A stretch of 54,586 nucleotides of DNA from Prorocentrum cordatum (lineage: Eukaryota). Numbering within the stretch: position 1 is the first letter of the stretch; the number at the start of each line of letters is the position of its first letter. This document shows, piece after piece, positions 1 through 12,038 of this stretch. The notes beneath the pieces are model-generated. The model had not been told where the DNA came from. It did no database searches and saw only the letters and a list, made by a program, of their open reading frames with translations. The translations under genes and the position numbers were made by a program. The stretch lies in contig CAUYUJ010000227.1 of assembly GCA_963575745.1 (NCBI GenBank), positions 62,001 through 116,586 of the forward strand, in the 5' to 3' direction.

Positions 1-142
1 CAGCTGTGCCCCGTCCCGAAGCAGATCAAGGATCTCGCGTAGAGTGCTCGTGGCCGCGCGTGCCGCCCCAGTCATTGCCTCCTCGTTCCCTGTTGTGTTC
101 CCTCTGCCATCGTGGGAGAAAGAAGGAGCCGGCATAAACATA

Positions 143-285
143 CACTTTCGGAGCTGCGCTCGGATCTCTTAGATATGCGCTGGGCCCCCTTGGCGACGCC
201 TCTGGCGCCGCCCCTGGCGCGCTCCGCGCGCCAGGCAGGGGCGTCCAGCGCTGACCCGAGAAACCCGCGCGGAGCTCCGAAAGTT
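143..285. mobile_element. MITE-like element, copy 1
   Basis: Imperfect terminal inverted repeats CACTTTCGGAGCTGCGCTCGG / CCGCGCGGAGCTCCGAAAGTT, TA on both sides (141-142, 286-287), internal hairpin CCTGGCGCGC-TCC-GCGCGCCAGG. Confidence 0.7.
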
Positions 286-397
286 TATGGTTATGCGGTT
301 GCTTCTCCCTCTGATCATATCCTCGTCCCTTCTTCTCTCTTCCCTTCTCCTTGTCCCCTTCCTCCACTGTGGCAGCCCTCTATGCACTAGTCGTGTT

Positions 398-727
398 GGA
401 GGGCATCACTTCCGCGGTGAGTGAAGGCTCACTTGCTTCCGCGATCGGACGTCCGAGGAGGGAAAAACATGCGCTACCGCCGGCTCCCTCGCGTCCCAGG
501 AAGAGGCCGTCCAGTTCATTCAACTGGCTTGGAACAACCCCCAGCACCCGAGAGGTGCAACATTCGAGTCGGAGGGCATCACTTCTGCGGTGAGTGAAGC
601 CTCACTTGCTTCCATGATCGGACGTCCGAGGAGGGAAAAGCAACCGCTCCCGCCTGCCACCTCGCGTTTCAGGCGCAGGCCGTCCAGTTCATTCAACAGG
701 CTTGCGCCTTTCCCTAGCACCCGAGAG
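398..727. repeat. Direct duplication of a ~157-bp unit (period 173 bp)
   Basis: GGAGGGCATCACTTCYGCGGTGAGTGAAG...AGCACCCGAGAG at 398-554 and 571-727. Confidence 0.85.
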
Positions 728-759
728 CTGAGTGGGCGAGTTCGCAGAAGGAGAATTCT

Positions 760-845
760 TCCCGTCGGCGGCGAGGCGGCGAACTCCGCTCCAGCGAGAA
801 GCTAGAAAGGGACACTAATTAGCGAATTGGCCGGCGGGCAACGAG
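760..845 (+). repeat. Dispersed ~85-bp repeat; inverted copy at ~22612-22695
   Basis: GCGGCGAACTCCGCTCCAGCGAGAAGCTA...TAGCGAATTGGCCGGCG matches the reverse complement at 22.6 kb. Confidence 0.8.
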
Positions 846-916
846 AAGGGGGGGGGGACGGCCGAGAGGAAGAAGGGACGCTCAGACGCCGCAGAAGGAA
901 AACGTGCGCAAACAGC

Positions 917-1055
917 AACTTTTGGAGCTCCGCGCGGATTTTCTTGGCGTTCTGCAGGGTCCCTGGCGCGCGGAGCGCGCCAGGGGCAATGCCAGAGGCG
1001 CCGCAAAGGGGGGCCCAGCGCCGATCCAGAAGATCCGCGCGGAGCTCCGAAGGTT
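917..1055. mobile_element. MITE-like element, copy 2 (inverted relative to copy 1)
   Basis: ~28-bp TIR AACTTTTGGAGCTCCGCGCGGATTTTCT / AGAAGATCCGCGCGGAGCTCCGAAGGTT; interior is the reverse complement of 143-285. Confidence 0.75.
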
Positions 1056-1374
1056 CATGCTCATGCCGTCTTTCCTGTCTCTACGAGTGCAGCTCCCTCC
1101 GCTTAGGCTTCCCCAGCGGTCCGTCCAGCAACTGTGCCCAGGCTCTGGAGCATCGTCACTGGCACGGGGACGCGGACGGCAGTTCCTGCCCCTCTTGAGC
1201 CGGGCTCGCAGGCGGCATCTCGTATCGGACGAAGGGCAGTGCTTTCGTGTGTCGGGGTGTTGGTAGCTTCAATGAACGAGGCAGCGTTATAGATGAAGAG
1301 AATGCAGTGGCTTCAAGCAGGCCCTTTGTAGTACTCATTGGCCTTCGGCCCTGCCTGCCAGCGTTCCCAGGTCT

Positions 1375-1650
1375 TGGGCCAGGGGCCTCATGGAGTCTCT
1401 TGGGGGACCCCTTCGAGGCCTCTTGGAGGTCTCTTGGGGGCCTCATGGGAGCCTCTTGAAGCCTTCTTGGATGCCTCTTGGGTGCCTCCTGGGGCCTCTC
1501 GGGGAGCTGCTCGTCGTCTCGGCGGCCTTCGTACTTCATTCTTTAGGCCCCTAGTGGAGCCGCGTTGCAACCCTCCTGGGCCCCCCTTGAGGGGTTGGGG
1601 GCCGTGTTGGGGCAATCTTGTAAGATTTTTGGGCCGTCCTCGATGCTCTT
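1375..1650 (+). repeat. Degenerate ~11-12-bp GGGCC(G)TCTTG minisatellite family
   Basis: Iterated GGCCTCTTGG/GGGCCGTCTTG units; related arrays at ~12040-12230 (minus), 34590-35090, 45590-46165, 52438-52640. Confidence 0.75.
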
Positions 1651-2219
1651 AGTAGACTGGAGAAGGCGATAATGCTGAGCTCGTTGAACACAGGCATTTT
1701 TCAACGATTGCGGCCTCTTGGGCCCCCCCCCCCCTACGGCACCAGGACGGGCTTCTCGGGTCATCTTGCGGCACTCCCAGAGTTCGGCGTCCTCATAGCA
1801 CCTCCAGGGCCTCCAGGGCAGCCCAGCCAGAAGCCGAGGAGGTGTGCGAGGGCGCCCAGGAGTCCCGTGAGTTGGGGTTCTGGGCCCGTAATATGTATCA
1901 TAATTTCTGTTCAGGACTCGAAGGGACTTGAGTGGAGAACAGTCAAGGAAGTGCCTACGGCACGGTGGCAGATCTTACAGCTTCTTTTGTATTTCCATGC
2001 GCATAATCTCGCTTGCACCCGCTCTCAACTACCGACCAGGATTTTTTAAAGGCGTTAGTGATGTAGATTGTTTCATCAATGCTACCGTTTTCAGTATTTT
2101 TTATGTGTGTTTCTGTATTTTCTGTTTTTCGTATTTGTAATGTTATTACTACTATTATTAGTTGTGGTTTTCTTTTCAAGTATGTACCTGAGCGATTTTC
2201 GTTTTCAGCGTCCTATTTT

Positions 2220-2379
2220 TGTTGTTGTTGCTATTGTCGTCGTCGTCTTCGTTGTTGTTGTGGTTATGGTAGTCGTTGTTGTTAATGCTGTTGTTGTCGT
2301 TGTTGTTGTTGTTGTTCTTGTGGTTGTTATTATTGTTGTTGTGGTTGTGGTTGTTGTTGTTGTTGCAGTTGTTGTTGTT

Positions 2380-2416
<37 letters not shown>
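2220..2416 (+). repeat. (GTT)n/(GTC)n microsatellite
   Basis: Directly visible. Confidence 0.95.
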
Positions 2417-2417
<1 letters not shown>

Positions 2418-2444
2418 TTTTTTTTGTTTGTTTATTTTGTGCTG

Positions 2445-3708
2445 CTAAATAATAATTATTGTTGATCCCCTCTCACCGGTGCATACGGTTTTTTCTCAAT
2501 CAAAGTGTGGCCCTAGACGCTCGCACCATGTTTCTTGACAGGGAAAGTCTTGGTGCTCAAACTGTGTCCCTGGCCCCCCGGATTTCAACAACAACGGCTC
2601 CCGCCTGAGACTTCCTCCAACTTTACTCAGGACCCTCGCTCCTGAGGTTTCCTCACAATTTGCTCAGGATCTGTGCTCCCGCCTGTGACTTCTCGCAATT
2701 TAGTCAGGACCCCCGCTCCCATCTGAGACTTCCTCACAATTTACTCCGGAACGGCGCTCCCGCTTGAGACTTCCTCGCAAGCGAATCAAGACTTCCTCGC
2801 AATTTAATCAAGACCCCCGCTCCCGCCAGAGAACCATTCACATTTTATTCAGGAATTGCGCTCTCGCCTGTGACTCCCATGCAATTTATTCAGAAATCGC
2901 GCTTTCGACGCTCAGGAAACGCGCTGCGCCAAGGACGCCGTCACAATTTCCTTAGTAATCGCGCTCTCGCCATACTCAGGCATCCCGCTTGAATGTCCCA
3001 CCCGCCCGACCCGCCCGTCAGGGGATCGCCCGCCCGTCGTGGGCTCCCGCCCGAGACTTCCTTTAGGAACGGCGCTTTCGCCTAGGACTTCCTCGAACGT
3101 TCACGCTCTTACCTTCCTGCTCCTCCTCCCTCTCCCTCTTTCCTCCTCCCTCCTCTCCTCCCTTCTCTCTCCCTCCTCTCTTCCCTCATCCTTATGCCTC
3201 TCTGCCCTATCCCCTCTCCCTCCTCTCCCTCCTCCTTCTCCCTACCCTCTCCTGCCTCTTCCCTCCTTCTTTCTCTCTCTCTCTCTCTTTCTCTCCTCTC
3301 TCTCTCTCTCTTTCTCTCCTCTCTCTCTCTCTCTCTTTTTCTACCTCTCTCTCTTTCTCTTTTTTCTCTTGTCACTCTCTATAATCAACCGCCCCCCTCT
3401 TCGCTCCTTCTCTCCTGGCGTTTTCCCTCTTCCTTCGTCCCTCCCCCTTCCTGCCTCCCACTCTCCCTCGTTCCCTCCCTCCTCTTTTTGCAGGGCCCAC
3501 ACCAATTCCACTGGCGGGTACATGCACGCCCACGAAGGATTGTCCGCCCGTTCAGGTTTGCCCGCCTGTCTAAGCCCGCCGCCCCCCGCAAAGAGAAATA
3601 ATCTCCCTAAATGGGGGCGTGATCGAAGACAAAATGGGCAGGTATCAAGGGTGTGGGGAACTCGTTTTGAATGGCACGCCGGCAAGTAAAAGCGAACAGT
3701 CTTAGAAG
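2445..3708 (+). mobile_element. GTT-anchored element E1 (type A)
   Basis: Head AATAATTATTGTTGATCCCC..CCGGTGCA, TTGACAGGGAAAGTC, CAACAACAACGGCTCCCGCC (2586), ~40-bp subrepeats, CT-rich tract, tail ATCGAAGAC...GCGAACAGTCTTAGAA. Confidence 0.75.
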
Positions 3709-4350
3709 GTTTTTTTTTGGGAGGGGGGCCAAGACGACCCAAGAGGACTCGAAGAGGCAGGAGATAGGCCGAGAGGTCCAATCATGTCCCAACGTGTCGC
3801 CGTGATTGTGCGTTGCACAGCATTGATCGTCGTTCCCCGCGGCCGTTGTCAAATCTCAAGGTTATTTTTGCTACGCCATCATGGGCGCACGGACCGTCCC
3901 CTTCCGAAGTGGATGGATGTTCAGGGCCTGGCCCACTTCCACCGCTTCGCTGCATGTCGCGACGATCAGCGTGGTGACTGCCTTCTCCGCCTGGGTTGTC
4001 CGCGGCGTTCTTTCGGACGCAGCGGAGTTTGCGCGGGCCGCGGGCATGGCGGAGGTCAGGTGCCCAGAGATCCCTGACCCGGTGTGCCAATCGCATTGCG
4101 AGTGCGAAGCATTGCGGGGGCTACCAGCCTTGGCAGCTCATTTTTGGCTGAGTGATCTGCCTCGTCTTCTCGAGCGTGCAGGTGATCGCCACTTGCGTGC
4201 ATTACGGAGTCGGTAGGGCTGCCCGCAGGGCCGTTACCCCTTCGGGACCGCGGCAGCGGGGCGCGAACGGGTGGCCGTTGCCGATGGGGCCGAGATCGCC
4301 TCTGCGGCGAGCGTTCGTGCCATATGCGAGGGTGTTTGGGTTGTTACACG

Positions 4351-4353
<3 letters not shown>

Positions 4354-4421
<68 letters not shown>

Positions 4422-4433
4422 GCGTGTGTGTGT
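4354..4433 (+). repeat. (TG)n microsatellite inside the retroelement (another at 7907-7925)
   Basis: Directly visible. Confidence 0.95.
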
Positions 4434-4480
4434 GGGTGATATGTCTTGGGGCCTTGTCATTATAGGGATTCCAGATCACG

Positions 4481-5558
4481 ATGTGTGCGCCGAGGACATG
4501 GGAAATCAGGGGACGCTTGAGCCGTTTACGTTCGTGGGCGACAGCGGGGGGTTGCCGCTCGGACTCGGGGGCGCTCAGTGTTACAGTTACCAAGGGCCAC
4601 CGACAGCTGCCGAAGTTGATCAGCTGCTGGCTGAGGCGATCGGCGTCGTGGCGCTCATGGGGCCAGATGTCGGGGCAGCTGCTGGCGTGTGCGCTGGCGT
4701 TGCCAGCGCCGCCGGGGCTGCCGCAGCCGTGGGCGGTGCACGTGGAGCCGGCCGCGCTGGCGGTGGCTTGGGTGCTCGCGGAGCACGTAGACGGCCACAG
4801 CGTAGGTAAGATCATGGCGATGCATGCCGGTGCAGTGCAGGCGGCTGGGTACGGGCTGATGGTTCTTCCTGGCGTGCAGGTCCAGATGCCTGTCCCCGTC
4901 GGTCAGCTGAAGATCTACCAGACGGGGAACGACATCTTCTGTGAGGAGCGGATCAAATGGCGCCGGGTAGCGACGGCGTTGCGCGCGAATGACCAGGCCG
5001 TGGGTGACGACGTTAGGCGGGGTTAGCGGAGTGGCGTTGCTGGGGGGCCATCAAGATATCGGCGGGGCAGCGGGCCTAACATCTGAAGTGGCTGGCGGGG
5101 GCGAAGATCCCGGATGGAGACCGCTCGGCTTTGTGGGCGCCAACCTGGCGCTGGCGCAGGAGCTCGTGGTGGCCCGCGATGGGCTGAACGCGATGAGTCT
5201 TGCGTGCGTGGAGACGGCGGTCCGACGGCGGGCGCTGATCGCCAAGGCGCGCCGCAACAACGCTCGCTCGCCGAGCTACGAGGGCTCGGCGTAGTTCATG
5301 GGCGACGGGGTGCGCGCCAGGGGCGCGTGGGTGGCGCGGGAGCTTTCGGCCAACGTGTCGGATCGGCTGCGGACAGGCGGCCGCTTCAAAGGGGGTGTGC
5401 ATGGCGGCAGGCGGCTGAGGCGCGCGCGCTCCGTCCTGGTCGCGCCAGAAGCCGCGGCGGCCAAGGCGGATACGGCGGCGCCGACGCTGCCGGGGCTGGC
5501 TAGGTCGCGGTTTTCGAGGCGCGGCTCAGGCTCGTCCATGCCGCGGCAACTTCCCTGA
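4481..5558 (+). pseudogene. gag-like ORF1 remnant of the DIRS-like element
   Basis: Protein-like, non-low-complexity segments (QLKIYQTGNDIFCEERIKWRRV; LNAMSLACVETAVRRRALIAKARRNNARSPSYEGSA*FMGDG) upstream of RT, broken by stops and frameshifts; gag identity is positional inference. Confidence 0.5.
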
Positions 5559-5649
5559 GAGCCAGGTTGCAGCAGACGGGTGTCGAGCTGGGGGTGGCCG
5601 CTGGCTGACGCTCTTTGAGGAACTATGACGGTGCCCCAGGACGCTGCCT

Positions 5650-7162
5650 ATTTTGAGGAGTCCGAGAGTGTCTCCCGCAGGTATCGTAACCATCGTTCCT
5701 CGTCCCCCGATTTGCAGCAGGACGGACGGGCAGCGTTGCGGGGGCGTGCCGTTCGACGACGCGGCGCCTGACGCGTCGGTGGGCCGTGGCTGCCGCGGTC
5801 GACTCGTCTGTCGACGCTTTGAACTTCGTGTGCTTTGGGGCCCGGCCTGTGCGTGCTCCTCCGGGCGCTTCTGACCTTCGGAGCCTGCCGCGGTGCCAGC
5901 GCGCTGCCCTCGTTCATTTCTTTCGCCGTGTCCGCGAACTGGGCCCGAAGCTTCTCGGCGTCACTCGCCCGGGGGCCTTTCGTGAGCAGTGGTCCTGATG
6001 CATGATTATGCAGATGGCCTAGGAGAGCGCGCCCATGTTTCTCTGCTCCTGGGCAGACTGCTGTTTTCAGACGTAGAATTTTCGCCGGTTGATTTGGGCC
6101 CAGTCTGGCTTGGGCCCTGGGAGCGCCTTCATATTTTTTGCAATGGAGAAGCGCGCGGGGGCCATCTGTCTGGCGAAGTGCCCCGAGTGCTTCCCTACGC
6201 GGGCCAGCTTTTGCGAGCGCCTGGTGCTTCTGAGTTTATGGCCGACAGGATGGCCTCCCAGGGCATTGCGAGGCTTGCTCGGCGCCTTTTCGGGGCGTTT
6301 GCGGTCTTGGAAAAGTAGAGGATGCAACGTCTCGTCCTCGAATGCCGTCAGTGTTTTAGGTTCGCCCCTCCCCCTCGCGCCGAACTCGCGAGGCCGGGAG
6401 TTCCATGTAGGGCGGGCCCTGTATTGGACTGAAGGCGACATCGAGGATTGCTTCCGCGAGTGGCTATTCGTGCGACCTCTGTGGTTGCTTCGATTTCGAG
6501 TCTGACTCGTCCGTGGGGTGTTTGGAGTTCGGTGCTTCGAGGGAGCTTTTATAATGCTTCAGGAATGATGAGAAAGGTTCGATGCAATTGATGTTCCTGC
6601 TCATGGGTTTGTCCTGGTCGTTCAGGGTGGTTCAGGAGTGCCGCGTGCAGGCTTCCGGAAGGGAGGTTTCAGACGGCTTCCTTCTCGTGGGCTGTAATTC
6701 CGTGCCCAGGCATCAGGGGGCGAGCGCGTGTGCATGGCATGTAGTGACAACCTCCATGCCGGTGCTTCTTCGTGCGAGCAAGGTTGTGGCCTGCGCAGTG
6801 CCGTTCAGAGAGATGGAGCAGGGCGATCTAATTATGCGCGATGTCTCTGGGCCCAGCCTCGCCACCCGCGTCTCGGGCTTGGTTCTTGGCGGGGGGCCCG
6901 GGCGCCCTCGGCCCCGGCGCCGACGAGGTTTGCGAGTTGATCGTGGTATTCGATTGGCCCGGCGCGAGGCCCGCCGCGTCTGCGTCGACCGTCGAGGGGG
7001 CTTATCGGCCAGTGCATCTACGTGGCAATGCTGAACCGCAGTGCGCTACCAGTCTTGCGGCGCTCTTGTGATTTCGTGGGGCAGTTTTGGCTTGCCGACG
7101 ACAGTCGCCTTGGGCCGCGCTGGGCCCCGAGCGAGTTTAGTGTGACAGATGGGCCTTCCAGG
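5650..7162 (+). pseudogene. Reverse transcriptase / RNase H remnant
   Basis: GDIEDCF (6434-6454; cf. RT DxxDxF), LMGLSWS (6600-6620; cf. LPMGxxWS), decayed YxDN as CSDNL (~6740-6754), RWAPSEFSVTDGPSR (7118-7162; cf. DIRS RNase H WxPSxxNxADxxSR). Confidence 0.78.
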
Positions 7163-7417
7163 TGCGAGAGGCAGGCGCATTCTGGCGTTGGTCCCTACGG
7201 CCAGCCAGTAGGGCGCGGGGGTGAGGCAGCTCGTGGCGGACCGTCGGACGTTCGGGGCCGCGGCAAGGGCCAAGGCGTCGGTGCCGCTCGGCCCTTGGAG
7301 CCTCCAGGGCGCTCGAGCGCAGGCGACGTGGCGGTCAGCCGCTGGGCAGAGCCCAAGGAGAAGAGGTGCTCGACGTAGCTGACGGAGGCGCCGAAGGGCC
7401 GCCGCCATCCTGCGCCG

Positions 7418-8190
7418 TTGGGCACCGAGGCGGCGCTCGACCTGCCGTCGAACAAAAGGAGGGCAGAGGAGGCGCCGGGCCCGAAGGGGAAGCTGCTCGC
7501 CTGGTGGGAAAAGAAGTCTCGCCTCGAGGAGGGGGGCATCTCGGCTCGGATTAACAGCGCTTGCGTCTTCCACTTGGAGGTGTTCAAGGACTTCTGCGCG
7601 GAGAACGCTGCGCCCGCAGGCGTCTCGGCGCAGACGGACCTGCTGCTCGTGGACTGCTTCGACCAGAAGTTCCTGGATGGGCGCGGCCCTTCGGTTGCGG
7701 GGAAAACCACTGCGGCCGTGCAGTTTGCAGATGCTCGGGCGAATGCCGCGAAGGTCTGGGGCCCCGTCTTGGCCCGGGGGGCCTTGAAATGGTGCAGGAG
7801 TGTCGCTCCTGTCGCCGGTCAGCTGCCGTTGCCGTGGGCGATCCTCGCCGCGCTGTCCATGCGCGTGGCGAAGCAGGGGCGGCGGGAGATGGCAATGTAT
7901 CTGGCGGTGTGTGTGTGTGTGTGTGTTCGCGTGCTACCTGCGGCCGTCGGAGGGGCTGATCATTCGCGCGAAGGACGTTGTCCCGCCAGCTTTGGGAGCA
8001 GATCGCGGCTTCCGGCAAATCGCGGTGGTCATCGGGGGTCGGGCGAGAAGGTGCCCGACATGGTCGGCGTGTACGACAGCTGCCTCATCTTTGACAAGGG
8101 GTGCCTGCCGAGCCTGGGGGCCGCGCTGCGCGGTCGGGCGCGCGGCGAGGCCGGGGGCGCCTTCCTGTTCGACTTCCAGTTTTTTTCCTT
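7418..8190 (+). pseudogene. Tyrosine recombinase remnant, 3' truncated
   Basis: LPLPWAILAAL... then FACYLRPSEGLIIRAKDV (YLRPSE 7935-7952; YR box I with catalytic Arg); frameshift at the (TG)n; no HxxR/Tyr box II seen. Confidence 0.75.
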
Positions 8191-8194
8191 GGGG

Positions 8195-8670
8195 GCCGCC
8201 TCGCCCTGCCTCATGCATTCTCGACCCGCCCGTCAGGATCCGCCCGCCTGACCCCTCCGGTAAGGCCCGCAGTCGCCTTTCGCTGCTTTTTGCCAGTTCC
8301 GATGCCCTTCGTTGCCCCTCGCGATGCCGCAGTCGGATTAGATGGTTCCGCCGCTGCCTTCGTGGCCTCCTCGACGCTTTTCGTGGCACCGTTCTTTGAG
8401 CCCTTCGTTGCCGTTCTTGGCCCTGCGGTCCTTTCGTCGCCTCCTCGCTGACATTTGTGGTCCTGGTGTATCTCGTCATAGCCCTCTCGGTGTCTTTCCT
8501 GGCCCCTTTGCAGCCCTCAGGAACCCCCTTCCGTTTAAGGTTGCGCCGAACACACGTGGCGCGGAAGAAAGATGCCCTTGTAAAGGGGGTGCGCAGAGGG
8601 CGGGTGCCCAGGGTTGGGGATACACATGTTGAGTGACACGCACGTGTATGAGAGCGAACATGCTGAATGA
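8195..8670 (+). mobile_element. GTT-anchored element E2 (3' part only)
   Basis: CGACCCGCCCGTCAGG shared with E1 (~3007), CTTCGTGGCC-type units, diverged tail ...GAGGGCGGGT..CAGGGTTGGGG...GAGCGAACATGCTGAATG before (GTT)n 8672-8876. Confidence 0.6.
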
Positions 8671-8777
8671 TTTTGTTGTTGTTGTTGTTGTTGTTGTTGT
8701 TATCGTTGTTGTATTGGTTGTGGTTGTGGTTGTGATTGTGGTTGTTGTTTTTGTTGTTGATGTTGTTGTGGTTGATC

Positions 8778-8820
<43 letters not shown>

Positions 8821-8840
8821 GGTTGTGGTTGTGGTTGTGG

Positions 8841-8875
<35 letters not shown>

Positions 8876-8876
8876 A

Positions 8877-9420
8877 CATTTCCATTTCAGAAACATCATC
8901 ATTGTTGACCCCCTCACCGGTGCATATTGTTCTTCCCAGTCAACATGTGCCCTCGACGCTCGCGCCCTGTTTTTTGACAGGGAAAGTCTTGGCGCTCAAA
9001 CTATGCCCCTGGCCCCCTGGACTACAACAACAACGGCTCCCGCCTGAGACTTCCTCTAGATTTACTCAGGACCCCCCCGTCTGAGACCTTCTCCCAATTT
9101 ACTCAGGAACGGCGCTCCCGTTTGAGGCTTCCTCACAATGTAGTCCGGGTCAAACTGCGTTGTTGCTCCTCCGGACTACAACAACAACGGCTCCCGCCTG
9201 AGACTTTTTCCAATTTTACTCGGGACCCCCGCTCCCGCCTGAGACGTCCTTCAATTTGCTCAGGATCGGCGTCGTGGGCTGCCGCCCGAGACTTTCTTGT
9301 GGAATGGCGCTTTCGCTTAGGACTTCTTCGAACGTTCGCACTCTTACCTTCCTGCTCCTCCCTCCTCGCGGGCCGCCTCCCCCCTCCTTCCGATTCCCTC
9401 TCCCTCGCACGTCAGCTGAT
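8877..9420 (+). mobile_element. GTT-anchored element E3 (type A, tail missing)
   Basis: Conserved head, TTTTTGACAGGGAAAG, CAACAACAAC at 9025 and 9179. Confidence 0.7.
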
Positions 9421-10565
9421 GTTGAACTTTCATTCCTGAAGAAGGATTTCTGTTGGTCCCCCCCCACCGGTGCGCATTACTTTTTCTCAGTCAAAGTGTG
9501 CCCCTCGACGCTCGCACCCTGTTTATTTGACAGGGAAAGTCATCCGGGCCAAACTGTGCCCCTGGGCCCCTGGCTACAACAACAACGGCTCCCGCCTCAG
9601 AGCGCCCAGTGAGGCCCCGCCACGCTGCCCACAGAGGCCCAGCCCGCAGAGGCCCCGAACGCGCCCACAGAGGTCCCGCCAAATTGCCCACTCAGGGCCA
9701 ACAACCAGCCCACAGAGGCCCCGAACGCGCCCACAGAGGCCCCGCCACGCTGCCCACTGAGGCCCTCGGCGCAGCCCACAGGCCCAGAACGCGCCCACAG
9801 AGGCCCCACCACGCTGCCCACTGAGGCCCCAGACGCAGCCCACAGAGGACCCGAACGCGCCCACGGAGGCCCCACCACGCTGCCCGCTGAGGCCCCTGAC
9901 GCAGCCCACAGAGACCCCGAACGCGCCCATTGAAGGCCCCACCACACTGCCCACAGAGGCCCCACCACGCAGCCCACAGAGGCCCGGAACGCGCCCACAG
10001 AGGCCCCACCACGCTGCCCACTGAGGCCCCAGACGCAGCCCACAGAGGCTCCGAACGCGCCCACAGAGGCCCCTCCACGCTGCCCATTTCTCAGTCAAAG
10101 TGCGCCCCTCGACGCTCGCACCCTGTTTATTTGACAGGGAAAGTCATCCGGGCCAAACTGTGCCCCTGGGCCCCTGGCTACAACAACAACGGCTCCCGCC
10201 TCAGACGCGTCCAGTGAGGCCCCGCCACGCTGCCCACAGAGGCCCCTGCCGCAGCCCGCAGAGGCCCCGAACGCGCCCACAGAGGCCCCGCCACATTGCC
10301 CACTCAGTCCCCATATCATCGGCACAAATCATCGTCGTCCCTCCCTCTTGCCCCTCTAATCCCTCCCTTCCTCCGATCCCTCCGTCCTCTCTTTTTGTCT
10401 TTTCCCTTTCGTTTCCCTGTAGGAGTTGCTCCAATTACACGTGGCCAGGAAGGAATATCCCCCCCAAAGGGGGTACCATCGAAGACGAAGAGGGCGGGTA
10501 TCCAGGGTTTGGGATATGCATAGTGAATGACACGCGGGCCGGTAGGAGCGAACAGTCTTGGAATG
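9421..10565 (+). mobile_element. GTT-anchored element E4 (type A with 21-23-bp CCCACAGAGGCCCC minisatellite)
   Basis: Head at 9421, internal head duplication ~10088-10200, minisatellite 9604-10085 and 10212-10305, full tail ending GAACAGTCTTGGAATG. Confidence 0.75.
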
Positions 10566-10823
<258 letters not shown>

Positions 10824-11493
10824 GAATGTTCATTTCTAAGCAATAATTATTGATGATCTCCCGAAGCGGTTCCGCGCGCTCTCGCCTCGACGCTGGCTAC
10901 ATTTTCGCTGAAAACGAGGCTCGCGCTCGAGCGTTGGCTTAAGCCTGAATGTGGGCCCTTGGAGGCCCAGCTACGACAACAACGGCTCCCGCTCGACACT
11001 TCCTCACAATTTACCCCGAGACACCCTGGCCAGAGAGGCCTCCGAACTCAGGAGCGGCGCTGTCGCTCGAGACTTCCTCGCAATGCCATTCAGTTGGCGG
11101 AGGCTCAGCCGCGACGACAAGGGCTCCTTCTCGATACTTTCTCACGATTTACTCCGAGAGCCCCGGGCCAAGAAGGCCCCCGAACTCAGGAACGGCACTC
11201 TCGATTGAGACTTTCCTGTAATTCAAGCAAGTTGGTGGAGGCCCGGTCACGGCGACAAAGGCTCCCGTTCGACATTTCTCCATAGGTATTCCGAGAGCTC
11301 CTGGCCAGAGATGCCCCCGAACTCAGGAGCGGCGTTCTCGCTTGACGCTTCTTCGCGCTTCAGTCAGTGGCCGACAAGGAAGAGATTCCCCCCGAAAGTG
11401 GGGGCAATCGAAGACGAAATGGGCGGGTATCCAGGGTTGGGGTATACGGAATGCAAGACACGAGTGCGAGTAAGAGCGATCCGTCTTAGAATG
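10824..11493 (+). mobile_element. GTT-anchored element E5 (type B)
   Basis: Head GAATGTTCATTTCTAAGCAATAATTATTGATGATCTC, different interior, CAACAACGGCTCCCGC at 10977, tail ending GTCTTAGAATG. Confidence 0.75.
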
Positions 11494-11601
11494 ATTGTAG
11501 TTGCTGTTGTTGCTGATGATGTTGTTCTTTGTGTTGTTGTTTGTTTGTGTTGTTGTGGTTGCTGCTGCTGCGGCTGTTGTTGTTGTTGCTGCTGCTGCTG
11601 C

Positions 11602-11672
<71 letters not shown>

Positions 11673-11765
11673 TTGTTGCTGCTGCTGCTGCTGTTGTTGT
11701 TAATGTCGTTGTTGTCGTTGTTGTTGTTGTGGTTGTTGTTATTATTGTTGTTGTGATTGTGGTTG

Positions 11766-11850
<85 letters not shown>

Positions 11851-11929
11851 GATTGTGGTTGTCGCTATTGTCATTGTCGTCGTCGTCGTCGTCGTTGTGA
11901 TTGTTGTTGTTGTTGTTGTTGTCGTCGTT
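11494..11929 (+). repeat. (GTT/GCT)n microsatellite
   Basis: Directly visible. Confidence 0.95.
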
Positions 11930-12038
11930 CAATATTCATTTCCAAAGAATACTTATTGATGATCTCCGGAAGCGGTTCCGCGCGCTTTCGCCTCGACTCC
12001 GGCTACACTTTCTCTGAAAACGAGGCTCCCGCTCGAGA
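11930..12038 (+). mobile_element. GTT-anchored element E6 (type B head only)
   Basis: Near-copy of 10824-10930. Confidence 0.7.

Larger units (their letters stand above)
3720..8190 (+). mobile_element. Degenerate DIRS-like (tyrosine recombinase) retrotransposon
   Basis: Ordered, frameshifted remnants: gag-like region, RT motifs, RNase H C-terminal motif, YR box I; element boundaries approximate. Confidence 0.8.
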
